This document shows, piece after piece, positions 37,967 to 48,092 of a stretch of DNA of 64,000 bases (positions are counted from its first letter, which is position 1; every line of letters starts with the position of its first letter). Origin of the DNA: Bacteroidales bacterium (GTDB lineage Bacteria; Bacteroidota; Bacteroidia; Bacteroidales; GCA-2748055). A program made the translations under genes and the position numbers. The notes below the pieces were generated by a model. The model searched no databases, was not told the DNA's origin, and saw only the letters and a program-made list of their open reading frames with translations. Where the stretch lies: positions 94,134 to 158,133 of the forward strand of contig JBBQAQ010000003.1 of NCBI GenBank assembly GCA_038316435.1. Direction: 5' to 3'.

Positions 37967-39841
37967 CTATTTTGAAATATACATTAAGAGAACTGAAATA
38001 TCAGCCGGAGAAACTCCGCTAATTCTTGAAGCTTCGCCAATTGTTTCTGGTCTGATTTTAGTTAACTTTTGTCTAGCCTCAATTGATAAAGAGATAATAG
38101 TATAAAAATCTAAATCATCTTTAATTTTAATACCTTCTAATCTCTTAATTTTTTCAGCCATTAACTTTTCACGTTCTATATAACCTTCATATTTAATATC
38201 AATTTCTGCTGATTCGCAAATCTCATTAGCTCTGTTGCCGAATACAATTAAAAGTTCGTTAAATCCTGGAATGAAATCTATTAGGTTTGAAAGTGAAATC
38301 TGAGGGCGCCTCAGAATATCTATTAATTTAATTTTCTGAGTAATTGTATTTGTATCCTTTTCAGAAAGCAAGCTGTTAATCTGTTTAGGGCTCACACTCG
38401 TTTTTTCAAATAAGCTTCTTATTTCTTTCTTCCATTCTCTCTTTTGTAATAGTAAGTTTAACCTTTGTTCGTTAGCAAGGCCAAGGGTGAAAGCCAGTTC
38501 TGTTAATCTCTCATCTGCATCATCCTGCCTTAAAAGTATTCTATATTCAGCTCTGGAAGTAAACATTCTATAAGGTTCATCAACTCCTTTTGTAATTAGG
38601 TCATCGATTAATACTCCAATATAAGCTTGATCGCGGCCAAGAACGAATTCATCTTTTTTCCTGATTTTCAAAGAGGCATTAATCCCAGCCATAAGTCCTT
38701 GAGCAGCGGCTTCCTCATAGCCTGTAGTTCCATTAATCTGTCCCGCAAAATATAAACCTTTGACTTTTTTTGTTTCTAAGGTTCTTGATAATTGTGTTGG
38801 TTGATAAAAATCGTATTCAATAGCGTATCCAGGGCGGAATATCTTCAGGTTCTCAAAACCACTAATTTTTTTTAAAGCTTCGTATTGAATTTGCCAAGGT
38901 AGAGATGAACTAAAACCGTTAAGATAATATTCAATTGTATTTGGTCCCTCCGGTTCTAAAAAAAGCTGATGTTGATCTTTTCCGGCAAATGTGTGAATTT
39001 TATCTTCAATGCTTGGGCAATATCTAGGTCCAATGCTTTTTATAGTTCCGTTATACATTGGAGAATCTGCAAGTCCTTCTCTAATTATTTCATGAACATT
39101 AGAATTTGTATATGCAATATAGCAGCATTGATGTTTTGAATAATTTACCTCATAATCCAAATAAGAAAATTTTCTGTTTTCAAAATCACCATCCTGTTTT
39201 TCAAGAACTGAAAAATCAATGCTTCTTCCATCCAATCGAGCCGGCGTACCAGTTTTCATTCGACCTACTTCAAAACCATAATCTTTAAGTTGATCGGAAA
39301 TGCCAATTGAAGCAGGTTCAGAAGCACGACCTCCATCAATTTGAGTTCTCCCAATATGCATAAGTCCATTCTGGAATGTTCCGCTTGTAAGAATAACTGC
39401 AGATGCTTTAATACTAATTCCCATAAGAGTTCGCACCCCAGTAATCTTTCCCTTCTCTATAATTAAAGATATCGCCATATCTTGCCAAAAATCCAAATTT
39501 AGAGTTTGTTCCAGCATTTCTCTCCAAACAACACTAAATCTTGTTCTGTCACATTGAGCTCTAGGGCTCCACATTGCTGGACCCTTAGACCTGTTGAGAA
39601 GACGATATTGAATCATTGTGTCATCTGTAACTATGCCAGAATAACCACCGAGAGCATCAACTTCTCTTATAATTTGCCCTTTAGCCACACCCCCCATTGC
39701 CGGGTTACAACTCATTTGCCCAAACTTTGTCATATCCATCGTTATTAACAAAGTTTTACTCCCCAAATTAGCTGAAGCTGCTGCGGCTTCACAACCTGCA
39801 TGACCAGCTCCAACAACAATTACATCATATTTCGGAAACAT
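37967..39841 (-). CDS. mnmG: tRNA uridine 5-carboxymethylaminomethyl modification enzyme MnmG (GidA)
   Basis: FAD motif YDVIVVGAGHAGCEAA; 624 aa. Confidence 0.97.
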   Translation of the reverse strand: MFPKYDVIVVGAGHAGCEAAAASANLGSKTLLITMDMTKFGQMSCNPAMGGVAKGQIIREVDALGGYSGIVTDDTMIQYRLLNRSKGPAMWSPRAQCDRTRFSVVWREMLEQTLNLDFWQDMAISLIIEKGKITGVRTLMGISIKASAVILTSGTFQNGLMHIGRTQIDGGRASEPASIGISDQLKDYGFEVGRMKTGTPARLDGRSIDFSVLEKQDGDFENRKFSYLDYEVNYSKHQCCYIAYTNSNVHEIIREGLADSPMYNGTIKSIGPRYCPSIEDKIHTFAGKDQHQLFLEPEGPNTIEYYLNGFSSSLPWQIQYEALKKISGFENLKIFRPGYAIEYDFYQPTQLSRTLETKKVKGLYFAGQINGTTGYEEAAAQGLMAGINASLKIRKKDEFVLGRDQAYIGVLIDDLITKGVDEPYRMFTSRAEYRILLRQDDADERLTELAFTLGLANEQRLNLLLQKREWKKEIRSLFEKTSVSPKQINSLLSEKDTNTITQKIKLIDILRRPQISLSNLIDFIPGFNELLIVFGNRANEICESAEIDIKYEGYIEREKLMAEKIKRLEGIKIKDDLDFYTIISLSIEARQKLTKIRPETIGEASRISGVSPADISVLLMYISK

Positions 39842-39855
39842 AAAATATTTTTGCT

Positions 39856-39863
39856 CAAAGATA
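39856..39863 (-). promoter_or_regulatory. -7 motif TATCTTTG upstream of mnmG
   Basis: The plus strand CAAAGATA gives TATCTTTG on the minus strand, 14 nt before the mnmG ATG. Confidence 0.35.
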
Positions 39864-39897
39864 ATTATTTAAAAACAATTTAAATAAAGCGAACTGC

Positions 39898-40317
39898 CTA
39901 TTGGGGAAATCTCTCTAGTGAAGAGTTTTCAAGAAGATGAATTATTTCTTTTGCTTCTTTTGTATCATCATTATATCCTAGCAAATGAAGAATGCCATGA
40001 ATTATCACTCTGTGCAATTCCTTTTCAAATTCAACACTAAAGCTTTTAGAATTTTCAAATATGCGTTCTATACTAAGGTAAAGATCTCCAGAAATATGAG
40101 TTCCTTCATTATAATTAAAGGTAACTATATCAGTAAAGAAATCATGCTTCAAATACTTTTTGTTTATTTCCAAAAGATAATCATCAGTACAGAATATAAT
40201 ATTTATCTCCCCTACAGTAAAAGTGTGAGATACTATTTCGTTAAAAATCCACTTCTTAACTTTCAATTTTCCTTTTATAATAAAGGTTGGATGAGTAGAA
40301 TGAAATAAGATCGACAA
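39898..40317 (-). CDS. ybeY: rRNA maturation RNase YbeY
   Basis: Zinc motif HGILHLLGYND and TDIVTF; TTG start. Confidence 0.88.
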   Translation of the reverse strand: MSILFHSTHPTFIIKGKLKVKKWIFNEIVSHTFTVGEINIIFCTDDYLLEINKKYLKHDFFTDIVTFNYNEGTHISGDLYLSIERIFENSKSFSVEFEKELHRVIIHGILHLLGYNDDTKEAKEIIHLLENSSLERFPQ

Positions 40318-40319
40318 GA

Positions 40320-40718
40320 CTATTTTAAAGTAAAGGTTAGTTTAACCAAACTTCCATTTTCAGAAAATTCAATATTATCGGAAAGCTTTTGCATTAGAAA
40401 TACACCACGACCATTAATCTTCTCAATATTTTCAGGAGACGTTGGGTCAGGAATATTCTTATAATCAAAACCAGATCCATAATCTCTAACGCTAAGAACT
40501 ATACAGCTTTTTTCCTTCATCAACCAAATATCAACGACTTTACTTTCTTCGTTTTTATTACCATGAACTATGGCATTATTTGCAGCTTCAAGGGTTGCTA
40601 TAAGAAGATTTCCATACACCTCATCATTCAGTGAAAGTTCAGAAGAAACCTCATCAACGAATTTTTCAACTTTTCGAAGTTCATCAGCTTTTGAAAATAT
40701 TTTAAGTTCCTTTCTCAT
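40320..40718 (-). CDS. RsbW/SpoIIAB-like anti-sigma serine kinase (HATPase_c_2)
   Basis: N-box EAANNAIVHGN, G1 DYGSGF, G2 GRGVFLM; 132 aa. Confidence 0.75.
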   Translation of the reverse strand: MRKELKIFSKADELRKVEKFVDEVSSELSLNDEVYGNLLIATLEAANNAIVHGNKNEESKVVDIWLMKEKSCIVLSVRDYGSGFDYKNIPDPTSPENIEKINGRGVFLMQKLSDNIEFSENGSLVKLTFTLK

Positions 40719-40846
40719 ATGTCCAAATGAATGTCACAAAACCTCCCCTTATACTGATAATCACAATAAAAGTTTCAAATCGTTTAAAATAATTCTAATA
40801 AAAATACAACTTAAGAATCGAAAACACTAAATAAAATAATGAATAA

Positions 40847-42043
40847 TTATTTTGCAAGCCAGCTTTCCGGATTTTGAGTTTCTTTGTCCTTCCATATTTC
40901 AAAATGAAACTTGGAGACATTTTGCTGATCCGTAAACACAGTCCCAATAATTGTCTTCGTTTTAACTTTATCACCCGCTTTAACTCTTACATCAACCAGA
41001 TTCTGATAAACAGTTCTAAAATCTCCATGTTTAATAATGACCGTATAGTTTGCTCCTAAAATGGCAATAACCTTTGTAACTTCTCCATCGAAAATGCTAC
41101 GAATTCTTGCACCCTCAATTGTATTGATATCAATACCATTACTATTAATTTTTATACCTTTCAGAACGGGGTGGTTTTGTTCGCCATATTTTCCGGTCAG
41201 AACTCCAGTTTCAGAAGGCCACGGCAACCGGCCCTTATTTTTTGTAAAATCAGAGGATATTAAAAGTTCCTCAGCAGTAAAAATGGAAGATTTTCTTGAA
41301 GCTTTTGCTTTAATTGCCTCTTCCTCAATCATACGTCTGATTTCTCTCTCTATTTCAGCCTGAACTCTTTCTCTTTTCTGAATTTCCTTTTTTAATTCAG
41401 ATTCCTTCGATTGCAATCTTTTAACTAAGGATAAACTCTTCAATTTATCTTGATCAAGATATCTCAATTCGCTTCTTCTTTCAACCAGAAGTCTTTCATT
41501 CAAAACTCGACTATCGGCTAAAGCATTTTTTTTATCACTCAAAATTTTCACGTCTTGTAAAAGCTGCGCTACTAAATCCTCCCGATATTTAGTTAAAAAT
41601 TTTAAGTATCTAATTCTTTGGTACGCCTGATTTAGATCCCCAGAGGAAAACAGGTACATCATCGCATAATCATTATCAAGATTTCTTGAAGCCGAAACAA
41701 TAAGACTTGCGTAATCTTCTTTTAATTTTTTTATTTTCTCTTCAAGGCGATAAATTTCCATTTTATTCACTTCGATATCTGACTTTAAAAAAATTAATTC
41801 CTGGCTAATATTCTCAACAATATATGAACCTAAAAAAATATTTTGTTGGATTAAAGTTAATTGATTTAAAGTAGAAATTTTAGATTTTTCTGTTTTCTCA
41901 AGTAGAGCCCGAGAATAATTTAATTGAGAAATATTCTCTTGCTTTTTCTTATCAAGTTCCTTACTATTTTGACCAAATAAAGAAACAGTTGATAAAACAG
42001 GAGCTATAAGAAAAAATAATATAAGTTTAATACTCAATTTCAC
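40847..42043 (-). CDS. EnvC-like murein hydrolase activator (coiled coil + degenerate M23/LytM domain)
   Basis: Signal peptide and a long coiled coil. The C-terminal LytM-like domain has SNGIDI in place of HxGxD and KFHFE in place of HxHFE. GTG start. Confidence 0.8.
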   Translation of the reverse strand: MKLSIKLILFFLIAPVLSTVSLFGQNSKELDKKKQENISQLNYSRALLEKTEKSKISTLNQLTLIQQNIFLGSYIVENISQELIFLKSDIEVNKMEIYRLEEKIKKLKEDYASLIVSASRNLDNDYAMMYLFSSGDLNQAYQRIRYLKFLTKYREDLVAQLLQDVKILSDKKNALADSRVLNERLLVERRSELRYLDQDKLKSLSLVKRLQSKESELKKEIQKRERVQAEIEREIRRMIEEEAIKAKASRKSSIFTAEELLISSDFTKNKGRLPWPSETGVLTGKYGEQNHPVLKGIKINSNGIDINTIEGARIRSIFDGEVTKVIAILGANYTVIIKHGDFRTVYQNLVDVRVKAGDKVKTKTIIGTVFTDQQNVSKFHFEIWKDKETQNPESWLAK

Positions 42044-42842
42044 GATACTTACTATTTACTACAAATGGTTTCACATCATGTTTAGTCAAAACAATTTTTC
42101 CGATTTTAGCGGTAACATCAGCCTTATATTTGTCTTTTGTAAAACTTATTTGGACAATTTTTGGATATTCGTTTAAACTAAAATTTCCAGATAATTCGGC
42201 TTTCAAAAAAAATTTATTTAAATTATCAGTTATATCAATCTCGTTTAATTGCCAACTATCCTTATTATATCGCGAAGTAATAAACAGATTAGTATTTACG
42301 GTCGATGAAAAAACAAAACAACTATCTTTTAAAATAAGTGTTTCTTTCATATTTTTCAAACTAAATTCTTTATCCAGAAGTACTCCCTTAAGAAGCAATG
42401 TTTCAATCTGCTTGTATGAAAAATTTACCCCATAAATTGAAGTTAAATTCTCAAGACGGCCAAAATAGAAACTTTTATCCAGCCTATTAATAACCTTCAA
42501 ACTATCAGGAGTCAATTGAAGACGACCAAGTTCAAAACCCAAAAAATTTGCATTCGCATAAATAAAATTTCCCTGACTAATACTTACATTTAAGTTAAGT
42601 TTTTTTATTTCCCCGTCATCAAAGGTTATATCAATATTCTCACAAGAGTAGTATTTTGAAGAATATTTATTCAAATTTTTATAAAAAGTATTTTTAAAAT
42701 CAGTATTTCTATTATCTGAAGCTAATGGATAAGATCTACAAGAAAATAAAAAAAATGAGCAAAAAAATAAAAAGCCTGCTAATCTATTCAGTTTCAGAAA
42801 ACTGTAATAGTTTTTTATCAATAGTTTCCTTAGAAAATCCAT
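42027..42842 (-). CDS. DUF4292-like (LolB-like) lipoprotein
   Basis: Lipobox-like FLFFCSFFLFSC. The start is uncertain. The ATG at 42842 overlaps the upstream TPR gene by 59 nt, and a TTG a few codons downstream is also possible. Confidence 0.6.
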   Translation of the reverse strand: MDFLRKLLIKNYYSFLKLNRLAGFLFFCSFFLFSCRSYPLASDNRNTDFKNTFYKNLNKYSSKYYSCENIDITFDDGEIKKLNLNVSISQGNFIYANANFLGFELGRLQLTPDSLKVINRLDKSFYFGRLENLTSIYGVNFSYKQIETLLLKGVLLDKEFSLKNMKETLILKDSCFVFSSTVNTNLFITSRYNKDSWQLNEIDITDNLNKFFLKAELSGNFSLNEYPKIVQISFTKDKYKADVTAKIGKIVLTKHDVKPFVVNSKYREIEY

Positions 42843-44490
42843 GGTCACTGGCGAGTTTATAATATTTTTCAGCAAGTTCAAACTCTTTAACAGCATAAAG
42901 AATTTCTGCATAATGAAAGATAATATCAGCATCAGTTTCGGCATTAATTACCATTGCTTTTTCGGCATAATGTTTAGCATTAACGAAATCTAGCAATTTA
43001 AATAGTATCCAAGCATAAGTATCAACAAAGGTAGCATTTTCGGGCGAATTAATTAATGTGCTATAACTCAATTGTTTAGCTTTCAAAAGATCAGTACTAT
43101 CTAAAGCTAAATAATAACTATAATTATTCTTTGTTAGATCATTATCTGGTTCCTCAATAATTAACTGATCGAAATAAGCATAGGCTTCCTTTTTGCGATT
43201 TGTTTTATATGAAATTTCTGAAAGAAATAATAAAAATTGAATTTTAATTCTATCACCAGCCTTTATAAAGGGATAGCCGATAGACAAAACCTTATATGCT
43301 TCTTCAAATTTTTCCTTTTCGAAATACGCCATTCCCACAAAAAGGTACAATTCACTTTTATTTGGAAAAAACTTTAAAGCTTCTTCGCCAATAGTAATAA
43401 GTTCTTCATAGTTTTCAAGCATTGAAGCGTTATAAAGAGCTTGTTGCCAGATAATAAAATCACTTTTTTTACTCAATAGAATCTCTGTAATAATTCCTAA
43501 AGCAATTGCATGTTCTTCTAACCCATTATAAAAATCGTAAGCTACTGATTTAACATCAATATTTTCAGGGTATTCTAACGATAATCCAGTTATCATTTTC
43601 TCAATATAACTTCTTTTTCTTTTAATTAAATCCCGATCCTTGTTTAGAAGCATCATGGTTTGAATTTTACTTTCAATAGGAATATTTTTGTTAAGAAAAG
43701 CCTGATTTAAGTAAAAGTAAGATTTCTCTTCTTCACCTCTGGAAGAATAAATATCAGCCAAATTAGAAATCGCATAAACGTTTGTGGAATCCATAATAAA
43801 TGCCCTTTCATAGGCTTTAAGGGCTGAAATAGTATCCTCTATCTCAGAAAAAAATTCTGCTAAAATAATTTGATATTCAATAACTTCAGGCGCTTCTTTA
43901 ATTAGGCTTCCTATAACTTCCTCAGCATTTTTGTACTCTTTCTTAATCTTATAAATCTCAATTTTCTTAAAACTAATCATCTCAGAAACACCATTTTTAC
44001 TTTCCATATCTTCAAGTATAGAAAGAGCCTTCTTAAACTTTCTTTGCTCAGTGTAAATTTCGGACATTTTGAAGTCAATTGTAAGGCTATTTATCTTATT
44101 AAGCTTTCTCGTTTTCTTTAGAATTTTTAATGATTTATCCTTTTTATTATTTTGAGCCAGCAATTCGGAATAAGCGATACCGTACCAATAATTTTTAGGT
44201 TGTAGATTATATGCAATCGCTAAATTCTCTTCAGCTCTAGCATTCTCTCCAATAGCAGAATAAACAGTACCTAATTCATAATGAGCGACATCGCAATCTT
44301 TTTTAGCATTAATACATGATTGGTACAAATTTATTGCTTCATTAATATTACCGATCATTTTTTGCCTAGATGCCTCAATAAGTGCATATTGAAAAGAATA
44401 TTCTGAACTAGAACTCATAGAATAATTCTTCTCTTGAGAAAATGATAATTCACAAATTAAGGATATAGCAATAACGAATATATACTTCAT
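42784..44490 (-). CDS. tetratricopeptide repeat protein
   Basis: Signal peptide plus many 34-aa A/Y/L-patterned repeats (e.g. AINLYQSCI, AEENLAIAYNLQP). Confidence 0.8.
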   Translation of the reverse strand: MKYIFVIAISLICELSFSQEKNYSMSSSSEYSFQYALIEASRQKMIGNINEAINLYQSCINAKKDCDVAHYELGTVYSAIGENARAEENLAIAYNLQPKNYWYGIAYSELLAQNNKKDKSLKILKKTRKLNKINSLTIDFKMSEIYTEQRKFKKALSILEDMESKNGVSEMISFKKIEIYKIKKEYKNAEEVIGSLIKEAPEVIEYQIILAEFFSEIEDTISALKAYERAFIMDSTNVYAISNLADIYSSRGEEEKSYFYLNQAFLNKNIPIESKIQTMMLLNKDRDLIKRKRSYIEKMITGLSLEYPENIDVKSVAYDFYNGLEEHAIALGIITEILLSKKSDFIIWQQALYNASMLENYEELITIGEEALKFFPNKSELYLFVGMAYFEKEKFEEAYKVLSIGYPFIKAGDRIKIQFLLFLSEISYKTNRKKEAYAYFDQLIIEEPDNDLTKNNYSYYLALDSTDLLKAKQLSYSTLINSPENATFVDTYAWILFKLLDFVNAKHYAEKAMVINAETDADIIFHYAEILYAVKEFELAEKYYKLASDHGFSKETIDKKLLQFSETE

Positions 44491-44492
44491 TT

Positions 44493-44927
44493 TTAATGTT
44501 TTCCAGTATGTCCAAAACCACCATCACCCCTTTCGGAAATATTCAAATTCCCAACAAAATCCCATGAAATAGTTTCGTGCCTAGAAATAATCATTTGACA
44601 AATTCTATCACCATGATTGATACTAAAATCTTCAGAAGAAAGATTAATAAGGATTACACCCACTTCACCACGATAATCACTGTCAATAGTTCCAGGAGAA
44701 TTTAAGACAGTGATACCAAATTTTAAAGCCATACCGCTTCTTGGGCGAATCTGAGCTTCAGATCCTGAAGGTAATTCAAGAAATAAACCTGTAGGAACTA
44801 AAATCCTTTCAAGAGGCCTAAGTATAATAGTTTCAAGAAGATTAGCACGAATATCCATACCAGCGCTAAAAGCCGTAGCGTATTCGGGCAGTGGATTATT
44901 GGATCTATTAATTACTTTAATTTCCAT
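44493..44927 (-). CDS. dut: dUTP diphosphatase
   Basis: [26 protein letters not shown] and [11 protein letters not shown]. The ATG at 44927 (MEIKV) is preferred over the longer ORF. Confidence 0.93.
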   Translation of the reverse strand: MEIKVINRSNNPLPEYATAFSAGMDIRANLLETIILRPLERILVPTGLFLELPSGSEAQIRPRSGMALKFGITVLNSPGTIDSDYRGEVGVILINLSSEDFSINHGDRICQMIISRHETISWDFVGNLNISERGDGGFGHTGKH

Positions 44928-46386
44928 TTGATTTCTCTTTAAATACTTTTTCGGTAAAGTAAAAAAATACAAAGTAACTACTCAATAAAATGATTTTAAA
45001 CAAATATCGCAATAATAAATTATCAATTACTAGAAGAGTAGAAACAAGGTACAATAATAAGGCCAAACCAACGATTATAAACAATTCCTTAAGTTTGTAA
45101 TTTATATTATAAAACTTTTTGCCTACAATATAACTTAGAACAATCATCAAAAAATAACTAATAAAACGACCCCACGAAGAGGCGAAATAACCAAATTTAG
45201 GGATGAATAAGAAATTAATTATAACGGTAACAGCAGCGCCAAAAAAGACAAGATATGCTCCCCAAAGAGTTTTATTAGAAAGTTTGTACCAAATGGACAA
45301 ATTATAGAATATCCCCATAAATAAATTAGCTAGTAAAACGACAGGAATAATGGCAGCTCCCTCTCTAAAATCAGGTCCAATAAAAAGGATAAAAACGTCC
45401 ATAAACAGCATAACAAAAAGAAATATAGCCATTCCAGAAAATATGAAATACTTCATTATCTGCGAATACATCTCTTTAGCATTTATTTCATCTTTTTTCG
45501 AAAAAAAGAAAGGTTCTGCTGCATAACGGAACATCTGAATAAAAAGCGTCATCAGCACCGCCAATTTAATACTTGCACCATAAACACCAAGTTGTTCCAT
45601 AGGATTTACTGAACCTGGCAATAAGTATTTTAGTAACACTCTATCGATAACTTCATTAATTGTTCCAGCAAAACCAGCAATAAGTAAAGGAAAACTATAA
45701 ATCATCATTTTCTTTAGGAGAGGAAACACAAATTGACCTTTTGAAAAGAAAATTTCCTTACTCAAAAAAAATACTTTAACGACTACAGAAAGGAGGTTGC
45801 TAATAAAGACATAGCCAACACCAATGGTCGGATCGTAAAGAAGAGAAGCTAAATAACTACTTTCATGCTGAGGGCAGTACCAAAGAAAAAACCATATTGC
45901 GATAATATTTACGGAAACTTCAACTACTCTAACGATTGCATATTTAAGAGCTCTGTTTTCCAATCTCAATTTAGCAAATGGAATTGAGGCAAATGAATCC
46001 AAAGCGACAATGGCACCAACCCACCAAATGTATTCAGGATGAAGCTGATAATTAAGAAAATTAGCAATATTAGGAGAGAAAAAATAAGTTAGCAAAATAA
46101 ACAATCCTGAGCTGATACCTATGGCAATTAAAGCAGACTTGTATACATCCTTTTGATTATGGTCCTTATCAGCAAACCGGAAAAAGCCCGTTTCCATACC
46201 ATAAGTAAGAATAACCATTAAAATAACGATATAGGCGTAAAATTCTGTTATAATTCCATATTCAGCTTTATCAAATATTCGAGTATAAAAAGGTGTTAAT
46301 AAAAGGTAGTTTAACACTCGGGGAACTACAATTCCCAGACCATATACAGCAGTTTGGCCAGCGAGTTGTTTAATCGGATTTGCCAC
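44917..46386 (-). CDS. polysaccharide biosynthesis / MOP-superfamily flippase-like membrane protein
   Basis: 489 aa and about 12-14 hydrophobic helices. The N-terminus is [25 protein letters not shown] start. Confidence 0.75.
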   Translation of the reverse strand: MANPIKQLAGQTAVYGLGIVVPRVLNYLLLTPFYTRIFDKAEYGIITEFYAYIVILMVILTYGMETGFFRFADKDHNQKDVYKSALIAIGISSGLFILLTYFFSPNIANFLNYQLHPEYIWWVGAIVALDSFASIPFAKLRLENRALKYAIVRVVEVSVNIIAIWFFLWYCPQHESSYLASLLYDPTIGVGYVFISNLLSVVVKVFFLSKEIFFSKGQFVFPLLKKMMIYSFPLLIAGFAGTINEVIDRVLLKYLLPGSVNPMEQLGVYGASIKLAVLMTLFIQMFRYAAEPFFFSKKDEINAKEMYSQIMKYFIFSGMAIFLFVMLFMDVFILFIGPDFREGAAIIPVVLLANLFMGIFYNLSIWYKLSNKTLWGAYLVFFGAAVTVIINFLFIPKFGYFASSWGRFISYFLMIVLSYIVGKKFYNINYKLKELFIIVGLALLLYLVSTLLVIDNLLLRYLFKIILLSSYFVFFYFTEKVFKEKSNGN

Positions 46387-46409
46387 AAATTTTTTTCTAA
46401 AGGTATAAG

Positions 46410-47267
46410 TTATTTCTCCAGAATCTTAAGGGAGTCGTACAGATTTTCTGCTTCGAAGGTGAACCCTGCACTAATTAAACGATTAGGGATAACTCTTTGT
46501 CCTTCCAGCACAATGGAACTTCCTTCACATAGTAAAAGTCTTAGTACAAAAGACGGAACGGAAAAAAATGCTGGCCTTCTGAGTACGAAGGCTAGCAATT
46601 TAGTAAACTCAAGATTAGTAGATGGAGTAGGGCAGACACCATTAACAATCCCGTAAACATTATTTTCAATTGTAAAACTGAATACTTTAACTAAATCATT
46701 TAACAAAATAAAAGAGAAACCCTGAGCACCATTTCCAAGTTTGCCACCAAAACCAATTTTGAAAATTTTTCGAATCATACTATACATGCCACCCTTTCTG
46801 GACAAAACGACACCAATTCTAATCAAGGTAAGATTGGTACCGAACTTTACAACTTCATTTGCTTCTTTTTCCCAGCTTAATACAACCTCAGAAAGAAAAT
46901 TTTCCGCATAATCTATCGAATTTTCGTCATAAATAGTTTTATCAGCATAAACTCCTATGGCAGAAGCGTTAATCAGTTGAATAGGTTTTTTATCAAGAAG
47001 TGCGATAGCATCAACTAAATTTTTGGTGGTTGAAACTCTAGAAACATAAATCTTCCTTTTCTTACTTTTTGTCCATCTTCCACTAACCGGGTGACCTGCA
47101 AGATTAATAATAATATTTAAATTTTTTAAATACACTGAAAGTTCGTAGGGATCCAAATATAAAAGAGAACTTTTTAGGGGTGTTACATCAAAAGAAAGTT
47201 TAAGGTACTTAACAACCTCTGTTCCAATGAATCCGCCAGCTCCAAAAACTCCAATTTTCAGTCTCAT
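46410..47267 (-). CDS. TIGR01777-type NAD-dependent epimerase/dehydratase family protein (DUF1731 C-terminus)
   Basis: Rossmann motif IGVFGAGGFIG and C-terminal RVIPNRLISAGFTF. The ATG at 47267 is preferred. Confidence 0.75.
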   Translation of the reverse strand: MRLKIGVFGAGGFIGTEVVKYLKLSFDVTPLKSSLLYLDPYELSVYLKNLNIIINLAGHPVSGRWTKSKKRKIYVSRVSTTKNLVDAIALLDKKPIQLINASAIGVYADKTIYDENSIDYAENFLSEVVLSWEKEANEVVKFGTNLTLIRIGVVLSRKGGMYSMIRKIFKIGFGGKLGNGAQGFSFILLNDLVKVFSFTIENNVYGIVNGVCPTPSTNLEFTKLLAFVLRRPAFFSVPSFVLRLLLCEGSSIVLEGQRVIPNRLISAGFTFEAENLYDSLKILEK

Positions 47268-47343
47268 AAAATTAAAGTATAACAATTGTAATTAATATAA
47301 ATCGAAGGTATTCAATTTTCTATTTAAAATATTTTATAATTTA

Positions 47344-47351
47344 TACTTTTG
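47344..47351 (+). promoter_or_regulatory. -7 motif TACTTTTG upstream of the cyclophilin gene
   Basis: TAnnTTTG match 21 nt before the ATG at 47372. Confidence 0.4.
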
Positions 47352-47371
47352 CTAACTAGAAATAGCAGCAT

Positions 47372-48040
47372 ATGAAAAAAACATTTTTAATTACTTTTGC
47401 ACTTTTAATAGCAATAATAACTTACAGTTGTGCTCAGACAAATAACAATAATTCGCTTACAGAAGTAACTATACAAACGGACTTCGGGAATATTGTAATT
47501 GAGCTATATAATGACACACCATTGCATAAAGATAACTTTTTAAAACTATCCAAGGAAGGTTTCTATGAAGGATTGCTGTTTCACCGATTGATAAAAGATT
47601 TTATGATACAAGGCGGGGATCCAAATTCAAGAAATGGCAGTAAAGGTGAATTACTAGGTCAGGGAGGTCCGGGTTATACAATTCCATCAGAAATTTCCTC
47701 GCAGCATTTTCATAAAAAAGGAGCACTAGCAGCAGCAAGAAAGGGAGATAGTTCAAATCCCACTAAAGCCTCTTCTGGCTCTCAGTTCTATATTGTTCAG
47801 GGGAGAGTATTTACAGTTGCGGAATTGGATGAATTTGTCAATCAGGGCAAGCACGCACCCTTAACACCAGAAGAAATCTCCATATACACCACTATTGGAG
47901 GTACGCCACATTTAGATGGAGGATATACAGTATTTGGAGAGGTTATATCTGGGTTGGACGTTTTAGAAAAGCTGATGAATCTTCCGGTTGATACATATGA
48001 CAGGCCAATTAACGATATAAAGTTTAGGATAAAGTTATAA
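47372..48040 (+). CDS. cyclophilin-type peptidyl-prolyl cis-trans isomerase (secreted/lipoprotein)
   Basis: Signal with IITYSC, plus FHRLIKDFMIQGGDP and GSQFYIV. Confidence 0.92.
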   Translation: MKKTFLITFALLIAIITYSCAQTNNNNSLTEVTIQTDFGNIVIELYNDTPLHKDNFLKLSKEGFYEGLLFHRLIKDFMIQGGDPNSRNGSKGELLGQGGPGYTIPSEISSQHFHKKGALAAARKGDSSNPTKASSGSQFYIVQGRVFTVAELDEFVNQGKHAPLTPEEISIYTTIGGTPHLDGGYTVFGEVISGLDVLEKLMNLPVDTYDRPINDIKFRIKL

Positions 48041-48092
48041 TTTTGGCTCAGCCAAAAGATTAAAATAATACAATATTAATAGAAAGGAAATC

